Shown piece by piece: positions 38,236 to 50,060 of a stretch of DNA of 64,000 bases. A program made the translations under genes and the position numbers. Origin of the DNA: Pseudomonadota bacterium (GTDB taxonomy: Bacteria > Pseudomonadota > Gammaproteobacteria > JAKAQQ01). Each line of letters starts with the position of its first letter. Position 1 is the first letter of the stretch. The notes under the pieces were generated by a model that had not been told where the DNA came from, made no database searches, and saw only the letters and a list, made by a program, of their open reading frames with translations. The stretch spans positions 13,970-77,969 of the forward strand of contig JAKCBQ010000003.1 of the NCBI GenBank assembly GCA_021839245.1, in the 5' to 3' direction.

Positions 38236-39279
38236 TTACCTCGCAAACCACGGGCCGACCCGGTACCAGAGCGCCACACCCTCGAGGCTGATCCACACGA
38301 TGGTGAGGGGGACAAACACTTTCCACCCGAGACGCATGATCTGGTCGTAACGGAAGCGGGGGAACGTCGCGCGGAACCAAAGAAAACAGAAGAGGAGGAT
38401 CATGACTTTGAGCGCCAGCCAGAAAAACCCCGGCGCGGCGAGAAGTCCCCACGGCAGGCCGGCGAACGGCGACGCCCAGCCGCCGAGAAAGAGCGTGGCG
38501 GCCAGCGTCGAGACCAGGATCATGTTGGCGTATTCGGCGAGAAAGAACATGGCGAACATCACGCCCGAATACTCCACGTGGAAGCCCGCCACGATCTCCG
38601 ATTCGCCCTCGACCACATCGAACGGGGCCCGGTTCGTTTCCGCCACGGCCGAGATGAAATACACAAAGAACAGCGGCAGGAGTGGAATGACGTACCAGTG
38701 CAGGATGTTGGGGGCCTGGCGCGCCACGAGATGACCGAGATCCAGAGTTCCGGCGGCCATCAGCACGCCCACCAGAGCAAACCCCATCGCAATTTCGTAC
38801 GAGACGATCTGAGCGGCCGAACGCATGGCCCCGAGGAGCGCGTAGCGGGAGTTGGAGGCCCAACCCGCAAGAATCACGCCGTACACCCCAAGGGAGGTGA
38901 GCGCCAGAAGGTAGAGCAGCCCGGCGTTGATGGGCGCGATGGCCGTATGGGGGGCAAAGGGAATCACCGCCCAGGCCGCCAACGCCGGTGTGAGGACCAG
39001 AAGCGGAGCCCCGACGAAGACCGCACGGCTGGCCGCGTCCGGGATCACGGGCTCTTTCGAGAGAAGCTTGAAGACATCGGCGAAGGGCTGAAGAAGTCCC
39101 CAGCGTCCCACGCGGTTCGGGCCGAGGCGGGCCTGCATGTAGCCGATGATCTTGCGCTCCGCATAGGTGAGATACGCCACCGAGAGAATCACACCGACGG
39201 TCGTGAGGACGACCGCGCCCACGGTCCGGACGACCGCCCGCAGATCCTCAGGGCTGAGAACGATACCGTCGAACGTCAC
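38236..39279 (-). CDS. nuoH: NADH-quinone oxidoreductase subunit H
   Basis: [27 protein letters not shown] and PRFRYDQ; GTGA overlap with nuoG. Confidence 0.96.
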   Translation of the reverse strand: MTFDGIVLSPEDLRAVVRTVGAVVLTTVGVILSVAYLTYAERKIIGYMQARLGPNRVGRWGLLQPFADVFKLLSKEPVIPDAASRAVFVGAPLLVLTPALAAWAVIPFAPHTAIAPINAGLLYLLALTSLGVYGVILAGWASNSRYALLGAMRSAAQIVSYEIAMGFALVGVLMAAGTLDLGHLVARQAPNILHWYVIPLLPLFFVYFISAVAETNRAPFDVVEGESEIVAGFHVEYSGVMFAMFFLAEYANMILVSTLAATLFLGGWASPFAGLPWGLLAAPGFFWLALKVMILLFCFLWFRATFPRFRYDQIMRLGWKVFVPLTIVWISLEGVALWYRVGPWFAR

Positions 39280-41660
39280 GACGCACCGGCCTCGATCTTG
39301 TCGGCCACCGGGCGCACGTGGACCACCCGGCCGTCCAGCGTCCCCATCTCGAGGAGAGCGGGGCTTCCCACCGGGAGGTGGAGGTGCCCCGGAGGAACAG
39401 CCGGATCCACCGTCACCTCGGCAACAACAGTCCGCTGCCCCCCCTCGTCGCGGATTTCGATCCACGGGTGGGGAGCCGAAACGCCCAAGCGCCGGGCGTC
39501 CTCGGGATTAAGCCCGGTCGTAGCGCCGCGACGGCCGATCGCCGTCTCCTGGAGTGCGGGGGCATGACGAAGCAACGGATCACAGGCATGAGGGGCGCGC
39601 GTGCGAAGCAAGACAAGGCCTTCGGGACGAGAGGTCGAGACCGGCCCGGCCGGGAGGGGTATTGAAGGAAGGCCAGTGCGCGGCGGAGGCAGTGGGCTCC
39701 GAAGCTCCAGAAGAGCGGCGAAATCGTCGGGGAACGACGCCTCGTCACCACCAAGGAGTCGCCCGAGATCGCGAAGGATCTTCCATCCTGCTCTCGCCTC
39801 GCCGGGCGGAGGCACCGACGCATGCGTGTCCTGTACACGCCCCTCGAGATTCATCCAGCCACCGGGTGTCTCGAAGCCGGCGGCGAGTGGGAGAACGACC
39901 GTCGCGTATCGTGCCGATTGCGGCCCGAGATGCGTGGTGACGTGAACCGATTGCCCGCGCGCCAAGGCGGCCAAGGCACGTCCCGGATGGAGAAGGTCGT
40001 ATTCGGGTTGCACTCCAAAAAGAAGGTGCGCCCGTACGGGCGTCGCCCAAGGCGTAAAGGGACGCAACCCATCGCCCCCCGGGAGCACCCCAAGGCGGTG
40101 GAGCCCGCGGGCGTTGGCGCCGGGGGCCACCACGGCGAGACGGGCGCCCGTGGCTTCGGCCAGAAGACGCACCAGGGTTCCGATCGTCTCCGCCGCGGGA
40201 TGCGAAAGTGCAGTTTCCCCGACCAGGATCGTCGCCGGGCCCTCTCCGAGATCACGGGCCACACGCTCGAGCGCCTCTCGGTCGAGAGGGGATCCCCGCG
40301 CCACAAGTTCCACTCCCTCGGGGACCGAACCGCCCTTGAGTTTCTGCGCCGTCACCAGGAGCGCGGCCAGCACCGAAAGAAGCCCCTCCACCCCTAGGGC
40401 CGGATTGATGCGCACCGGATAGTTCCAGGACCAGGCGCACGGATTGAGCGCGTGAACACGCCCGCCCGCCAAGACGGAGCGGCGCACGCGGAGATTGAGT
40501 ACCGGCGCCTCGTGGCGGAGATAGCAACCAAGCATGAGAAACGTCTGCGGCTCCGCAAAGGCGGCCACGCTCTGCCCGAGGGAGGGTTCGGGGAACGTCG
40601 AGACCTGTTCGGAGTCTCGCCAGAGACGGTGATCAAGGCCCGGGACGCCGAGCCGATCGGCCAAACGGGAGAGTAACGCCCCTTCCTCGAGGGACGAGGA
40701 CGGCGACGCCAGAACCGCGACAGACTCAGGGCCGTCGGCGCGCACGGTCTCCGCGAGAAGCGCCGCGGCACGATCCAGAGCCTCGTCCCATCCGGCAGGA
40801 CGAAGTCTCCCTTCTTCGCGCACCAGTGGAACGAGCTGACGACCCCGTTCGAGTCCCAGATAGGAAAATCGATCGCGATCGGCGAGCCAGATCTCGTTGA
40901 TCTCCTCGTTTTCGCGGGGAACGACACGCATCACTTGTCCGCGGAGCGTGTGGGCGTGGAGATGAGAGCCCACCCCGTCGTGGAGCGCAAGACCGGGAAG
41001 CGCCAACATGTCCCAGCTCCGCGCCCGGAAACGGAACGGCTTCGAGTTGAGAGCGCCGACCGGACAAAGATCGATGACATTCGCTGAGACCTCGGAGGTA
41101 AGCGCGCTTTCGAGCGCCGTGCGCACGGCCGAGCGCTCACCCCGGCCGACGATGCCCAGTTCGGGCTCGCCCGCCACCTCGGCGGTAAAGCGGACGCAGC
41201 GTGAGCAGTAGATGCAGCGCGTCATGTCGGTGCTGACGAGAGGCCCAATGTCTTCGTCGGCGACGACCCGCTTGCGCTGCTCGTAGCGGGAGTGCGAGCG
41301 TCCGTAGCCCAGGGCCAGGTCCTGCAGTTCGCATTCCCCTCCCTGATCGCAGACCGGGCAATCGAGGGGATGGTTGATGAGGAGAAATTCCATCGTCGCC
41401 TTCTGCGCGGCGAGCGCGCGCGGCGACTTGGTGTAAACCTTCATCCCGTCGCTCACAGGTGTCGCGCAGGCGGGCAACGGCTTCGGGGCCTTTTCGACTT
41501 CGACAAGGCACATGCGGCAGTTGGCCGCGATGGAGAGTTTGTCGTGGTAACAAAACCGAGGAATGTAGATCCCGTGCTGATCGGCGATCTGCATCACCAT
41601 GGATCCGCGGGGGGCCTCGAAGACTTGGCCGTCGATCTCGATGCGTACCTGGTCGCTCAT
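39276..41660 (-). CDS. nuoG: NADH-quinone oxidoreductase subunit G
   Basis: [33 protein letters not shown] and [10 protein letters not shown]. Confidence 0.96.
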   Translation of the reverse strand: MSDQVRIEIDGQVFEAPRGSMVMQIADQHGIYIPRFCYHDKLSIAANCRMCLVEVEKAPKPLPACATPVSDGMKVYTKSPRALAAQKATMEFLLINHPLDCPVCDQGGECELQDLALGYGRSHSRYEQRKRVVADEDIGPLVSTDMTRCIYCSRCVRFTAEVAGEPELGIVGRGERSAVRTALESALTSEVSANVIDLCPVGALNSKPFRFRARSWDMLALPGLALHDGVGSHLHAHTLRGQVMRVVPRENEEINEIWLADRDRFSYLGLERGRQLVPLVREEGRLRPAGWDEALDRAAALLAETVRADGPESVAVLASPSSSLEEGALLSRLADRLGVPGLDHRLWRDSEQVSTFPEPSLGQSVAAFAEPQTFLMLGCYLRHEAPVLNLRVRRSVLAGGRVHALNPCAWSWNYPVRINPALGVEGLLSVLAALLVTAQKLKGGSVPEGVELVARGSPLDREALERVARDLGEGPATILVGETALSHPAAETIGTLVRLLAEATGARLAVVAPGANARGLHRLGVLPGGDGLRPFTPWATPVRAHLLFGVQPEYDLLHPGRALAALARGQSVHVTTHLGPQSARYATVVLPLAAGFETPGGWMNLEGRVQDTHASVPPPGEARAGWKILRDLGRLLGGDEASFPDDFAALLELRSPLPPPRTGLPSIPLPAGPVSTSRPEGLVLLRTRAPHACDPLLRHAPALQETAIGRRGATTGLNPEDARRLGVSAPHPWIEIRDEGGQRTVVAEVTVDPAVPPGHLHLPVGSPALLEMGTLDGRVVHVRPVADKIEAGAS

Positions 41661-42982
41661 CCCGCCGCCTCCGTCAAACGTTCGTTCCCGGGAGCCAACG
41701 GGCACCCTCGTTGCTCAATGTGGGCCCGGAATTCGTCTTCGAAATGTTCAAGAAAACTCCGCACCGGCATCGCCGCCGCATCGCCGAGCGCACAAATCGT
41801 GTGCCCCTCGATCTGCCCGGCCACGCTTTTGAGGAGCGCCAGATCCTCCGGACGCCCCTCTCCGCTCTCGATGCGCCGCACGGTCCGATAGAGCCAGCCG
41901 GTACCCTCACGGCACGGCGTGCACTGGCCGCAGGATTCGGCGTAGTAGAAGCGGCTGATCCGTTCGAGAACACGCACCATACAGGCGGTCTCGTCGATGA
42001 CCACAACGGCGCCCGAACCGAGGAGCGAACCGGCGCGCCGGAGCGCATCGTAGTCCATCGTGAGCCCCTCGAGCTTTGAAGCCGGGAGAACCGGAACGGA
42101 GGATCCACCGGGGATGACGGCCTTGAGCCGGCGCCCGCCGCGCACACCACCGGCTTTCGCCAGAAGTTCGGCGAAGGGAATGCCGAGACCAACTTCGTAG
42201 TTCCCGGGCCGCTCGACGTGCCCGCTGACGGAGAAGATCTTGGCTCCCCCCGATCCCTCGCAACCCAGGGACGCGAACCAGGCGCCGCCCCGACGCAGGA
42301 TCACGGGAACCGAAGCAAAGGTTTCCGTGTTGTTGACAGTGGTCGGGCACCCGTAGAGACCGTATTGGGCGGGGAACGGCGGCTTGAACCGCGGGAACCC
42401 TTTCTTGCCCTCGAGCGACTCGAGAAGTGCGGTCTCCTCTCCGCAAATGTATGCTCCGGCCCCGAGATGGGGGTGAACGTCCACATCGATGCCGCTGTCA
42501 AGGATATTGCTGCCCAGGAGACCCGCGGCGTACGCCTCCTCGAGAGCGTCGGTGAAGCGGCGGTAGGGCTCGTCGAGGAACTCGCCGCGCATGTAGTTGT
42601 AGGCGTGGCGGACCCGCATGACGTAGGCGCCAATGGCCAGCCCTTCGATGACGGCGTGGGGATTGAAGCGGAGGATATCGCGATCCTTGCAGGTGCCGGG
42701 CTCGCTCTCGTCGGAATTGCACACGAGGTAGTGCGGACGCGGATCCTGCGGCGAAAGGAATCCCCATTTGATGCCGGTCGGAAACCCCGCCCCGCCCCGC
42801 CCGCGCAGGCCGCTTTTCTTGAGCTCCTCGAGGATCGTCGCCGGATCGGGCTTGTCCCGCAGGATCGTGCGCCAGGCCTGATAGCCGCCCACCGATTCGT
42901 AGGTCGCCCGGGTGTGCGGCTCGTCGTGGCCCAACGTGACAAAGCAGACGGGACCGGGCTCGGGACGCGCGCTGGGGATCAC
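41657..42982 (-). CDS. nuoF: NADH-quinone oxidoreductase subunit F
   Basis: SGLRGRGGAGFPTG, GAGAYICGEETAL and ESCGQCTPCREG. Confidence 0.97.
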   Translation of the reverse strand: MIPSARPEPGPVCFVTLGHDEPHTRATYESVGGYQAWRTILRDKPDPATILEELKKSGLRGRGGAGFPTGIKWGFLSPQDPRPHYLVCNSDESEPGTCKDRDILRFNPHAVIEGLAIGAYVMRVRHAYNYMRGEFLDEPYRRFTDALEEAYAAGLLGSNILDSGIDVDVHPHLGAGAYICGEETALLESLEGKKGFPRFKPPFPAQYGLYGCPTTVNNTETFASVPVILRRGGAWFASLGCEGSGGAKIFSVSGHVERPGNYEVGLGIPFAELLAKAGGVRGGRRLKAVIPGGSSVPVLPASKLEGLTMDYDALRRAGSLLGSGAVVVIDETACMVRVLERISRFYYAESCGQCTPCREGTGWLYRTVRRIESGEGRPEDLALLKSVAGQIEGHTICALGDAAAMPVRSFLEHFEDEFRAHIEQRGCPLAPGNERLTEAAG

Positions 42983-43485
42983 GGATAAGACTCCAGAATG
43001 CGGTCCACGTCCTCGACCCGGACCCGCTCGTGGTATTGGTGATCGATCATGAGGGCGGGCGCCGCACAGCACGCCGCCAGGCACTCCTCCTCCTTCTTGA
43101 GGGTGAAACGTCCGTCCGCCGTCGTCTCGCCGCAGCGAATCCCCAGGCGCTTCTCGAGAGCCGCAAGCAGCTCCTCTCCGCCGCACAGATGACACGAGAG
43201 ATTGGTGCACACCGAAATGCTGTGGCGGCCGACAGGATGAAGCTCGTACATGGAGTAGAAGCTCGCCACCTGGGTCACGTCGACAAGCGGAAGCTCGAGA
43301 TAGGCGGCGACCGCCTCGAGCGCTTCTCCGTTGAGCCAGCCGCGTTCCTCCTGAACCAGACGAAGAGCTTCGAGGAGGAGCGAGCGACGACCCGCCTCAC
43401 CGTCAGGGTAGTGAGCCCGGGACCGTTCCAGCGTCCGGCGCACCTCTTCACTGAGACCCCGCTCGGGGACGACGCTCTGATTCAT
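42979..43485 (-). CDS. nuoE: NADH-quinone oxidoreductase subunit E
   Basis: [19 protein letters not shown] and ECLAAC. Confidence 0.95.
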   Translation of the reverse strand: MNQSVVPERGLSEEVRRTLERSRAHYPDGEAGRRSLLLEALRLVQEERGWLNGEALEAVAAYLELPLVDVTQVASFYSMYELHPVGRHSISVCTNLSCHLCGGEELLAALEKRLGIRCGETTADGRFTLKKEEECLAACCAAPALMIDHQYHERVRVEDVDRILESYP

Positions 43486-44735
43486 CGGTCGATCTCGCCA
43501 AACACAATGTCTTGGGTGCCGATAACCGCAACGAGATCGGCGATCATGTGGCCGCACACCATCATGTCCAGCGCGGCCAGATGGGCAAACCCGGGTGCCC
43601 GGATGCGGAGGCGGTACGGCTTGTTGGCCCCGTCGGAAACGAGATAGATCCCGAACTCGCCTTTGGGATGCTCAACGGCGGCATAGGTTTCACCCTCGGG
43701 GACCGAGTAGCCTTCGCTGAAAAGCTTGAAGTGGTGAATGAGCGCCTCCATGTCGTGTTTCATGACGGCTCGGGGCGGCGGGACGATTTTGTAGTCGTCG
43801 AGATGCACGGGACCGGGGTGTGCGCGCAGCCAGTCGACGCACTGGCGGACCAGGCGGACGGATTGGCGCATCTCGGCCATGCGCACCAGGTAACGGTCGT
43901 AACAATCCCCGTGGCGGCCGACCGGGATTTCGAAATCGAGGTCGGCGTAGACTTCGTAGGGTTGTGTTTTTCTGAGATCCCACGCCACGCCGGAGCCCCT
44001 GAGCATCGGCCCCGTAAACCCGTAGGCGAGCGCGGTCTCCGGATCCACGACACCGATGCCCACCGTCCGCTGTTTCCAGATGCGGTTGTCGGTCAGCAGT
44101 TCCTCGTATTCGTCGACACAGGACGGAAAGCGATCGGCGAAGGCGGCGATGAAATCGAGGAGCGAACCCTCCCGGGCGGCGTTGAGCCGCTTGAGCTCGC
44201 GGCGCGAACGAAAACGACTCGGCTCGTAGCGCGGCATCGTGTCCGGAAGATCACGATGCACCCCACCGGGGCGGTAGTACGTCGCGTGCATGCGCGCACC
44301 CGAGACCGCCTCATACATATCCATGATGTCCTCGCGCTCGCGGAAGCAATAGAGAAAAACGCTCATGGCGCCGATGTCGAGGGCGTGGCTTCCGAGCCAG
44401 AGGAGATGGTTGGTGATGCGGGTAAGCTCGTCGAAAAGAACGCGGATGTACTGGGCGCGGGGCGGGGCCGTGATCCCAAGAAGCCTTTCGATCGCGAGGA
44501 CGTACGCGTGCTCGTTGCACATCATCGAGACGTAATCGAGACGATCCATGTAGCCGATGCTCTGATTGAACGGCTTGGATTCGGCGAGTTTTTCCGTCCC
44601 CCGATGCAGGAGACCAATGTGCGGATCGGCCTTACGAATCACCTCCCCGTCGACTTCGACGACGAGGCGAAGCACCCCGTGGGCGGCGGGGTGCTGCGGC
44701 CCGAAGTTCATCGTGAAATTCTGCAGTTCAGGCAT
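43482..44735 (-). CDS. nuoD: NADH-quinone oxidoreductase subunit D
   Basis: [23 protein letters not shown] and DIVFGEIDR. Confidence 0.97.
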   Translation of the reverse strand: MPELQNFTMNFGPQHPAAHGVLRLVVEVDGEVIRKADPHIGLLHRGTEKLAESKPFNQSIGYMDRLDYVSMMCNEHAYVLAIERLLGITAPPRAQYIRVLFDELTRITNHLLWLGSHALDIGAMSVFLYCFREREDIMDMYEAVSGARMHATYYRPGGVHRDLPDTMPRYEPSRFRSRRELKRLNAAREGSLLDFIAAFADRFPSCVDEYEELLTDNRIWKQRTVGIGVVDPETALAYGFTGPMLRGSGVAWDLRKTQPYEVYADLDFEIPVGRHGDCYDRYLVRMAEMRQSVRLVRQCVDWLRAHPGPVHLDDYKIVPPPRAVMKHDMEALIHHFKLFSEGYSVPEGETYAAVEHPKGEFGIYLVSDGANKPYRLRIRAPGFAHLAALDMMVCGHMIADLVAVIGTQDIVFGEIDR

Positions 44736-45423
44736 CCGCGGGGCTTCCATCCGGGCGTTCGGCGATCGGTCGGACGACGCGAGGCACGAGGACGCGGGGT
44801 TCGATCGAGACCGGTTCCTGGATCACGCGCTTCTGTCCGGGGTCGTAGCGCACCTCGACGTGACCGCTGAGGGGAAAGTCTTTACGGAAGGGATGACCCA
44901 CGAACCCGTAGTCGGTGAGGATCCGGCGCAGATCGGGATGGCCCTCAAACACGATGCCGAAGAGATCGAAAACCTCCCGCTCGTACCAGTCGGCGGAAGG
45001 CCACAGCGTCACGCTCGAGGGAAGGATAAGCAGGCCTTCGCGCACCGCGGGGACGATCTTGACACGCAGCCGCCGGTTGCCGCGCACCGAAAGAAGATGC
45101 ACCACGACCTTGAAGCGCGGGCGATCGCCTTCCTGAAGAGCGGGATCGGGGGGCGCGACGAGCACCGCCCGACTGAAACCCACCGACGTCGCCTCGTGGG
45201 TGGTCCACTGCACCTGCCCGTAGCCCAGGTAATCGACGGCGGTGAGATCGACGAGCTGTTCGAAATTCAGGCCCTCTTCGTCCCGCAGGGTTTGGGCCAC
45301 AGCGAGCCACCGGGACTCGGCCACCTCGATCGTCACTTCGTCACGGACCACGGTGGGGGCAGCGAGGTCCGGCAAGACCTCACGAATTCGTGCGACCAGC
45401 GTTTCGGGCGGCGAGGGACGCAC
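44728..45423 (-). CDS. nuoC: NADH-quinone oxidoreductase subunit C
   Basis: [13 protein letters not shown] and [23 protein letters not shown]. Confidence 0.96.
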   Translation of the reverse strand: MRPSPPETLVARIREVLPDLAAPTVVRDEVTIEVAESRWLAVAQTLRDEEGLNFEQLVDLTAVDYLGYGQVQWTTHEATSVGFSRAVLVAPPDPALQEGDRPRFKVVVHLLSVRGNRRLRVKIVPAVREGLLILPSSVTLWPSADWYEREVFDLFGIVFEGHPDLRRILTDYGFVGHPFRKDFPLSGHVEVRYDPGQKRVIQEPVSIEPRVLVPRVVRPIAERPDGSPADA

Positions 45424-45435
45424 GGAGCAGCCGCC

Positions 45436-45912
45436 TCAGGGGGCGAGCCGCCGGGTGCGGCGGATCTTCTTCTGGAGCTGGATGATGCCGTAGAGAAGCG
45501 CTTCGGCCGTCGGCGGGCACCCGGGCACGTAGACGTCCACGGGCACGATCCTGTCGCATCCACGGACCACCGCGTACGAATAGTGGTAGTAACCGCCGCC
45601 GTTGGCACACGACCCCATCGAAATGACCCAGCGTGGTTCGGGCATCTGGTCATAGAGGCGACGCAATGCCGGCGCCATCTTGTTGACCAGCGTCCCGGCG
45701 ACGATCATGACGTCCGACTGACGAGGGCTCGGGCGGAACACCACCCCGAAACGGTCGAGGTCGTAGCGGGCGGCGCCCGCGTGCATCATCTCGACCGCGC
45801 AACAGGCCAACCCGAACGTCATCGGCCAGAGCGAGCCGGTGCGTGCCCAGTCGACGAGCTTCGCGACGGGCATGAGCACGGCCCCGTAAGGGCGGGCGTC
45901 TTCTATTCCCAC
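45436..45912 (-). CDS. nuoB: NADH-quinone oxidoreductase subunit B
   Basis: [26 protein letters not shown] and YVPGCPP. Confidence 0.97.
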   Translation of the reverse strand: MGIEDARPYGAVLMPVAKLVDWARTGSLWPMTFGLACCAVEMMHAGAARYDLDRFGVVFRPSPRQSDVMIVAGTLVNKMAPALRRLYDQMPEPRWVISMGSCANGGGYYHYSYAVVRGCDRIVPVDVYVPGCPPTAEALLYGIIQLQKKIRRTRRLAP

Positions 45913-46274
45913 TCGAGACCTCCGCGCCGCCACTCGTACGCAAAACCCACAACGAGAACGGCAAAGAAAACGGCCATCGCGGCGTACGCCGCGGGCCCGA
46001 GCTCGCGCAGCGCCACCGCCCAAGGGAAGAAGAAGGCGATCTCGAGATCGAAAATGATGAAAAGAATCGCGACCAGGTAATAACGCACATCAAAAGGAAT
46101 GCGCGCGTCCTCGAACGCTTCGAAACCGCACTCGTAAGCCGCCCCTTTGACGGGATCGGCGTGACGGGGGGCCAGGATGAACCCGAGGACGAGAAGCGCC
46201 GCGCCCACGACAGCGCCGACGATCAAGAACACAAGCACACCGAAATAGTCGTGGAGCACGTTCGACGAGGACAC
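45903..46274 (-). CDS. nuoA: NADH-quinone oxidoreductase subunit A
   Basis: [21 protein letters not shown] and [10 protein letters not shown]. Confidence 0.96.
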   Translation of the reverse strand: MSSSNVLHDYFGVLVFLIVGAVVGAALLVLGFILAPRHADPVKGAAYECGFEAFEDARIPFDVRYYLVAILFIIFDLEIAFFFPWAVALRELGPAAYAAMAVFFAVLVVGFAYEWRRGGLEWE

Positions 46275-46373
46275 AACAGGAGTCGCATTATTCTAACGCA
46301 GACCGGCGCTCGGAGACATGCGACTGCGGCCCGCGGATACAATGGAGTGCCCGGTTTCCGTGGCCCAAGACGC

Positions 46374-47273
46374 ATGCCCTCCCCGCCTCCATCCCGCCCG
46401 CTCTCCGCTCGCGGCCGCCTGTCGGTGCCCGCTGAGCCCGAGGACGTCCAGTCGCGCCGCGACGATCGGCCTGTTCCCCTGGCCGCCGCCGGCGTGCGCG
46501 GGCTCCGTCTGCCGACCCGGCTCCTCCTGGGCGAGCAGGAGGTGTCGACTCTCGGGACCTACACACTGGCGGTCGGGCTTCCGCCTGGACGCAAAGGCGT
46601 CCACATGTCGCGCCTCGTCGCCTGCGCCCAGGACTGGAGCCGGGGATTCGATCCCTTCCGTCCCGATCTTCTCCTTCGACGTCTGCGCGAGACACAGCCG
46701 GCCCCACGCGCGGAGTTCGCGATCCGCTGCCCGTACCACCGGGAAAAGCGGGCCCCTGTGAGCGGAGTCCCCGGGCTTCTGGAATACGAACTCGGCGTGA
46801 GCGGCCTCCACGAAGAGGGGCGCCCGGAACGCTTGGTCCTCGAGCTGGCGGTGCCGGTCACGACCCTATGCCCGTGCTCGCGCGACATCTCGGAACACGG
46901 GGCCCACAACCAAAGGGCCTGGACGCGGCTGACATTCGTTCTCGATCCCCGCGGGACGCCGCCCCCGCTCGACGATCTCCTCGGCCGCATCGAGGCCGAA
47001 GGTTCCTGCGAGCTCTACACCGTTCTCAAACGCACCGACGAGAAGTACGTGACGGAACGGGCGTACGCGCGGCCCAAATTCAGTGAAGACCTGGCGCGCG
47101 ATCTCGCCCTCGCACTCGACGATCTCCCGGGGCTCGAGCTGCGATCCGTGGATGTCGAAAATCTCGAATCCATCCACGTGCACTCGGCGTTTGCACGCTA
47201 CGAGTCGTCCTCCGTGCCGCCGACGGTCGTGCCGCCTACGGTTCTACCCGACGGCGCTTCAACCGGGAGCTGA
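46374..47273 (+). CDS. folE2: GTP cyclohydrolase IB (FolE2); start uncertain
   Basis: DVQS, KGVHMSR, VTTLCPCSRDISEHGAHNQR, LKRTDEKYVTE and ESIHVHSA. Confidence 0.93.
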   Translation: MPSPPPSRPLSARGRLSVPAEPEDVQSRRDDRPVPLAAAGVRGLRLPTRLLLGEQEVSTLGTYTLAVGLPPGRKGVHMSRLVACAQDWSRGFDPFRPDLLLRRLRETQPAPRAEFAIRCPYHREKRAPVSGVPGLLEYELGVSGLHEEGRPERLVLELAVPVTTLCPCSRDISEHGAHNQRAWTRLTFVLDPRGTPPPLDDLLGRIEAEGSCELYTVLKRTDEKYVTERAYARPKFSEDLARDLALALDDLPGLELRSVDVENLESIHVHSAFARYESSSVPPTVVPPTVLPDGASTGS

Positions 47274-48634
47274 GTCCCCTCCGTCCGGGTCGTCGTCTCC
47301 GTCCCCCCGCCGGGGCGCACATCATCCGCGCGGGTGCGCGCCAGACGCGCGATCAGATTGCGCAGAAAAACCTTGGTGAAACGAAGCTGGGTCTCGGTGG
47401 AGGCCTGCTCCATGAGGGTGGCGTTCACTTTCAGAATCTCCACCGGCTCACGCGCCACGATGCTCACCGTGCGTTTCGCCGGCGCCACGTAGCCGATCTC
47501 CCCGAAACAGTCTCCGCTGCGCAGCGTGCCGAGACGGCGGCCACCGCGCTCGACGCTGACCGATCCGCTCACGATCAAAAAGAAACTCTCGTCGACCTGA
47601 CCTTCGCTGACAATGCGGCTTCCCGCCTCGTAACTCACCCACTCACCGGTCTTCAGGATTTCGTAAATTTCCGGGTAATGGAACTCGTTGAAGAACGGCA
47701 GGCGGCGCAGCAGATTGAAGCGCTCGCGCTCCCGCATTTCGCTGCCCACCACCTCGAGATCGCGCGCGGCACGAACCAGGGCGGCGGCGAATTCGTGTCC
47801 GCTCTGGTAACGCCGTTCGGGTTGCTTGGCCAGAGCCCGGGCCACGATGTCGTCGACGGCGATCGGCAACTCAGGGCGGAACTTGCCGAGCGGGGGAGGC
47901 GAGGCATAAACGATCTTGTGGATGAGTTCGCTCATGCCCTCGGCCTCAAAGGGCCGACGACCGACGAGGAGCTCGTAGAGCATGACTCCCAGAGAATAAA
48001 GATCCGTGACCGGATTGGCGGGCCCGCCTTTGAGATGCTCCGGCGCCATGTAGCTCGGAGAGCCCACGAGCCCGCTCTTGCCCGCCGTCGGCGACGCGGA
48101 AGGGGGGGCGTCGACGAGAAGGGCGATCCCGAAATCGATCAGATGAACATCCCCGTCGGGGGTGCGCAGAACATTGCTGGGCTTGACGTCGCGATGGATG
48201 ACCCCCTGACGGTGGGCGTAGTCGAGGGCGCGGGCGATCTTAAAGACGATCTCGATGACGGTGGAGACCGGAAGGAGCCGCTCGGGGGTGGTCCACCTGC
48301 GCAACGCCTCCGCGCCCGGGAAATATTCCATGACGACGTAACAAATCTCGCCCTCTTCGCCCGCGTCGAGAATGTGCGCGATCTGGGGATGGTCGAGTTT
48401 GCCCGCGAGCTGGGCTTCGTTAAAAAAGAGGCGTCTTCGCGCCTCGCGTTTCCGGGCGGGCATATCGGCACCCAGAAGGTAAAGCTTGACGGCCACTTCC
48501 CGGTCGAGGTACGGATCGTGACTGACGAACACACGTCCCGTGCTCCCCGCCCCGAGCTCGCGTCCGAGGACGTATTTGCCGACCCGCGGCGGGACCGCAA
48601 TGGGGGGCGAAGAAGTCGGGGAGCTCTCGTTCAA
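47198..48634 (-). CDS. Hanks-type Ser/Thr protein kinase with C-terminal cyclic-nucleotide-binding domain
   Basis: LGAGSTG, VAVK, HRDVKPSN, DFG and GSPSYMAPE; C-terminal GDCFGEIGY...RTVSIVA. Confidence 0.92.
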   Translation of the reverse strand: MNESSPTSSPPIAVPPRVGKYVLGRELGAGSTGRVFVSHDPYLDREVAVKLYLLGADMPARKREARRRLFFNEAQLAGKLDHPQIAHILDAGEEGEICYVVMEYFPGAEALRRWTTPERLLPVSTVIEIVFKIARALDYAHRQGVIHRDVKPSNVLRTPDGDVHLIDFGIALLVDAPPSASPTAGKSGLVGSPSYMAPEHLKGGPANPVTDLYSLGVMLYELLVGRRPFEAEGMSELIHKIVYASPPPLGKFRPELPIAVDDIVARALAKQPERRYQSGHEFAAALVRAARDLEVVGSEMRERERFNLLRRLPFFNEFHYPEIYEILKTGEWVSYEAGSRIVSEGQVDESFFLIVSGSVSVERGGRRLGTLRSGDCFGEIGYVAPAKRTVSIVAREPVEILKVNATLMEQASTETQLRFTKVFLRNLIARLARTRADDVRPGGGTETTTRTEGTQLPVEAPSGRTVGGTTVGGTEDDS

Positions 48635-49113
48635 TGTCGCCTCATCAGAAGAAGCTGGAGCCAGAGAAGGAAGGCGACCGCGACCGCCGCGAGTGCGGCG
48701 GCCGCGAGATCGTCGGCCATGATCCCGAGGCCCCCCTTGAGTTTACGGTCGAGGAAGCCGACGGGCCACGGCTTGAGGATATCGAAAAACCGGAAGGCAA
48801 GGAAGAGAGCGGCCAGCGGGAGGGGTCGGAACGGTACCACGAGGGTGGCGGCGAGGAGAGCCGCGACTTCATCCCAGACCACTTGAGGCGGGTCGGGACG
48901 GCCCAAACGGCGGGCGGCGTGCGCACACAGGGGAACGCCCACAAGCACGGCCAGCGCAGCGATCACCGCGCGGGCCGCAAGGCCAAGCGGCCCTTCGGCC
49001 ACGCGCACGCCGATGGCGAGAAGGCTCCCCCAGGTGCCCGGCGCCCAAGGCAGAAGACCGAGACCGAACCCTGTCGCGGCCAAGGTCCAGACGTCCATCC
49101 GTCGGCCGTTCAC
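48631..49113 (-). CDS. pgpA: Phosphatidylglycerophosphatase A
   Basis: APGTWGS, DPPQVVWDE, FRFFDILKPWP and GIMADD. Confidence 0.95.
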   Translation of the reverse strand: MNGRRMDVWTLAATGFGLGLLPWAPGTWGSLLAIGVRVAEGPLGLAARAVIAALAVLVGVPLCAHAARRLGRPDPPQVVWDEVAALLAATLVVPFRPLPLAALFLAFRFFDILKPWPVGFLDRKLKGGLGIMADDLAAAALAAVAVAFLLWLQLLLMRRH

Positions 49114-50060
49114 GGCGCCCTCCGGGCATGATCGTGCCCGAGAATCTTTGGGAGCGGGACCTCCTCCCCCCCCCGAAAGAGGCGCAATCCCGGCGCTTCC
49201 GTGAGAGAACCCACCCGCGTCAAACGCACGCCGAGCCTCAGGGCTTCCGCCCGGAGGGGCTCATCCTCTTCCGCACGGGCCGTGAAACACAGTTCGTAAT
49301 CGTCACCGCCCGCGAGCGCAAGATCGAGGTCGGCGCGTCGCGCGGAATCCAGCCCGGGCGCAAGAGGCAGAGCCTCGATGTCGATGTCGGCTCCGAGACC
49401 CGCGGCCTCGAGGAGGTGCCCGAGATCGGCCAGAAAGCCGTCGGAGATATCGATGGCTCCCGTCGTCCGGCCCCGGAGGGCGGGGCCGAGACGCCAGGGC
49501 GGGTTGGGCTCGAGATAAGGGGCGAGGAGCGCCCGCTCGCGCACCCCTTGATTCCAGAGCCGCCGGGCGTATCCCCCCGCGCCGAGCACACCGGTGACGA
49601 AAACGCTGTCGCCGCTCCGTCCTCCCCCGCGCGTGAGGGCCGAGCGGGCCGGGAGACTTCCCACCAGGGTCAGGGTGGCCGAACGGGGGCCGCGCGCGGT
49701 GTTTCCGCCGACGAGCGCCACCCCTGCCTCCCGCAACCTCTCCCCGAGACCGCGCGCAAAAGCGCTCAGCCACGAGTCGTCGAATTCCGGAAGCGTCAGC
49801 GCCAGAAGCGCCCAGCGCGGCCCCGCACCCATCGCCCCGAGATCGCTCAGATTCACGGCCACGAGCCTCCGCCCCCAAGCCTCCGGCGGAGCTCCCATCG
49901 GCAGATGGATTCCCTCGACGAGAGCGTCGCAGGTGAAGACGAGATCCTCCCCGTCGGAGGGCACGACCACGGCCCCGTCGTCGCCGATTCCGAGACGCAC
50001 ACTCGGATCATCACCGCCGCAAGGGGCGAAGTGACGCGCGATCAGCTCGAACTCACTCAT
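49110..50060 (-). CDS. thiL: Thiamine-monophosphate kinase
   Basis: EFELI, GIGDDGA, VNLSDLGAMG, IDISDG and GGDDYELCF. Confidence 0.95.
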   Translation of the reverse strand: MSEFELIARHFAPCGGDDPSVRLGIGDDGAVVVPSDGEDLVFTCDALVEGIHLPMGAPPEAWGRRLVAVNLSDLGAMGAGPRWALLALTLPEFDDSWLSAFARGLGERLREAGVALVGGNTARGPRSATLTLVGSLPARSALTRGGGRSGDSVFVTGVLGAGGYARRLWNQGVRERALLAPYLEPNPPWRLGPALRGRTTGAIDISDGFLADLGHLLEAAGLGADIDIEALPLAPGLDSARRADLDLALAGGDDYELCFTARAEEDEPLRAEALRLGVRLTRVGSLTEAPGLRLFRGGEEVPLPKILGHDHARRAP

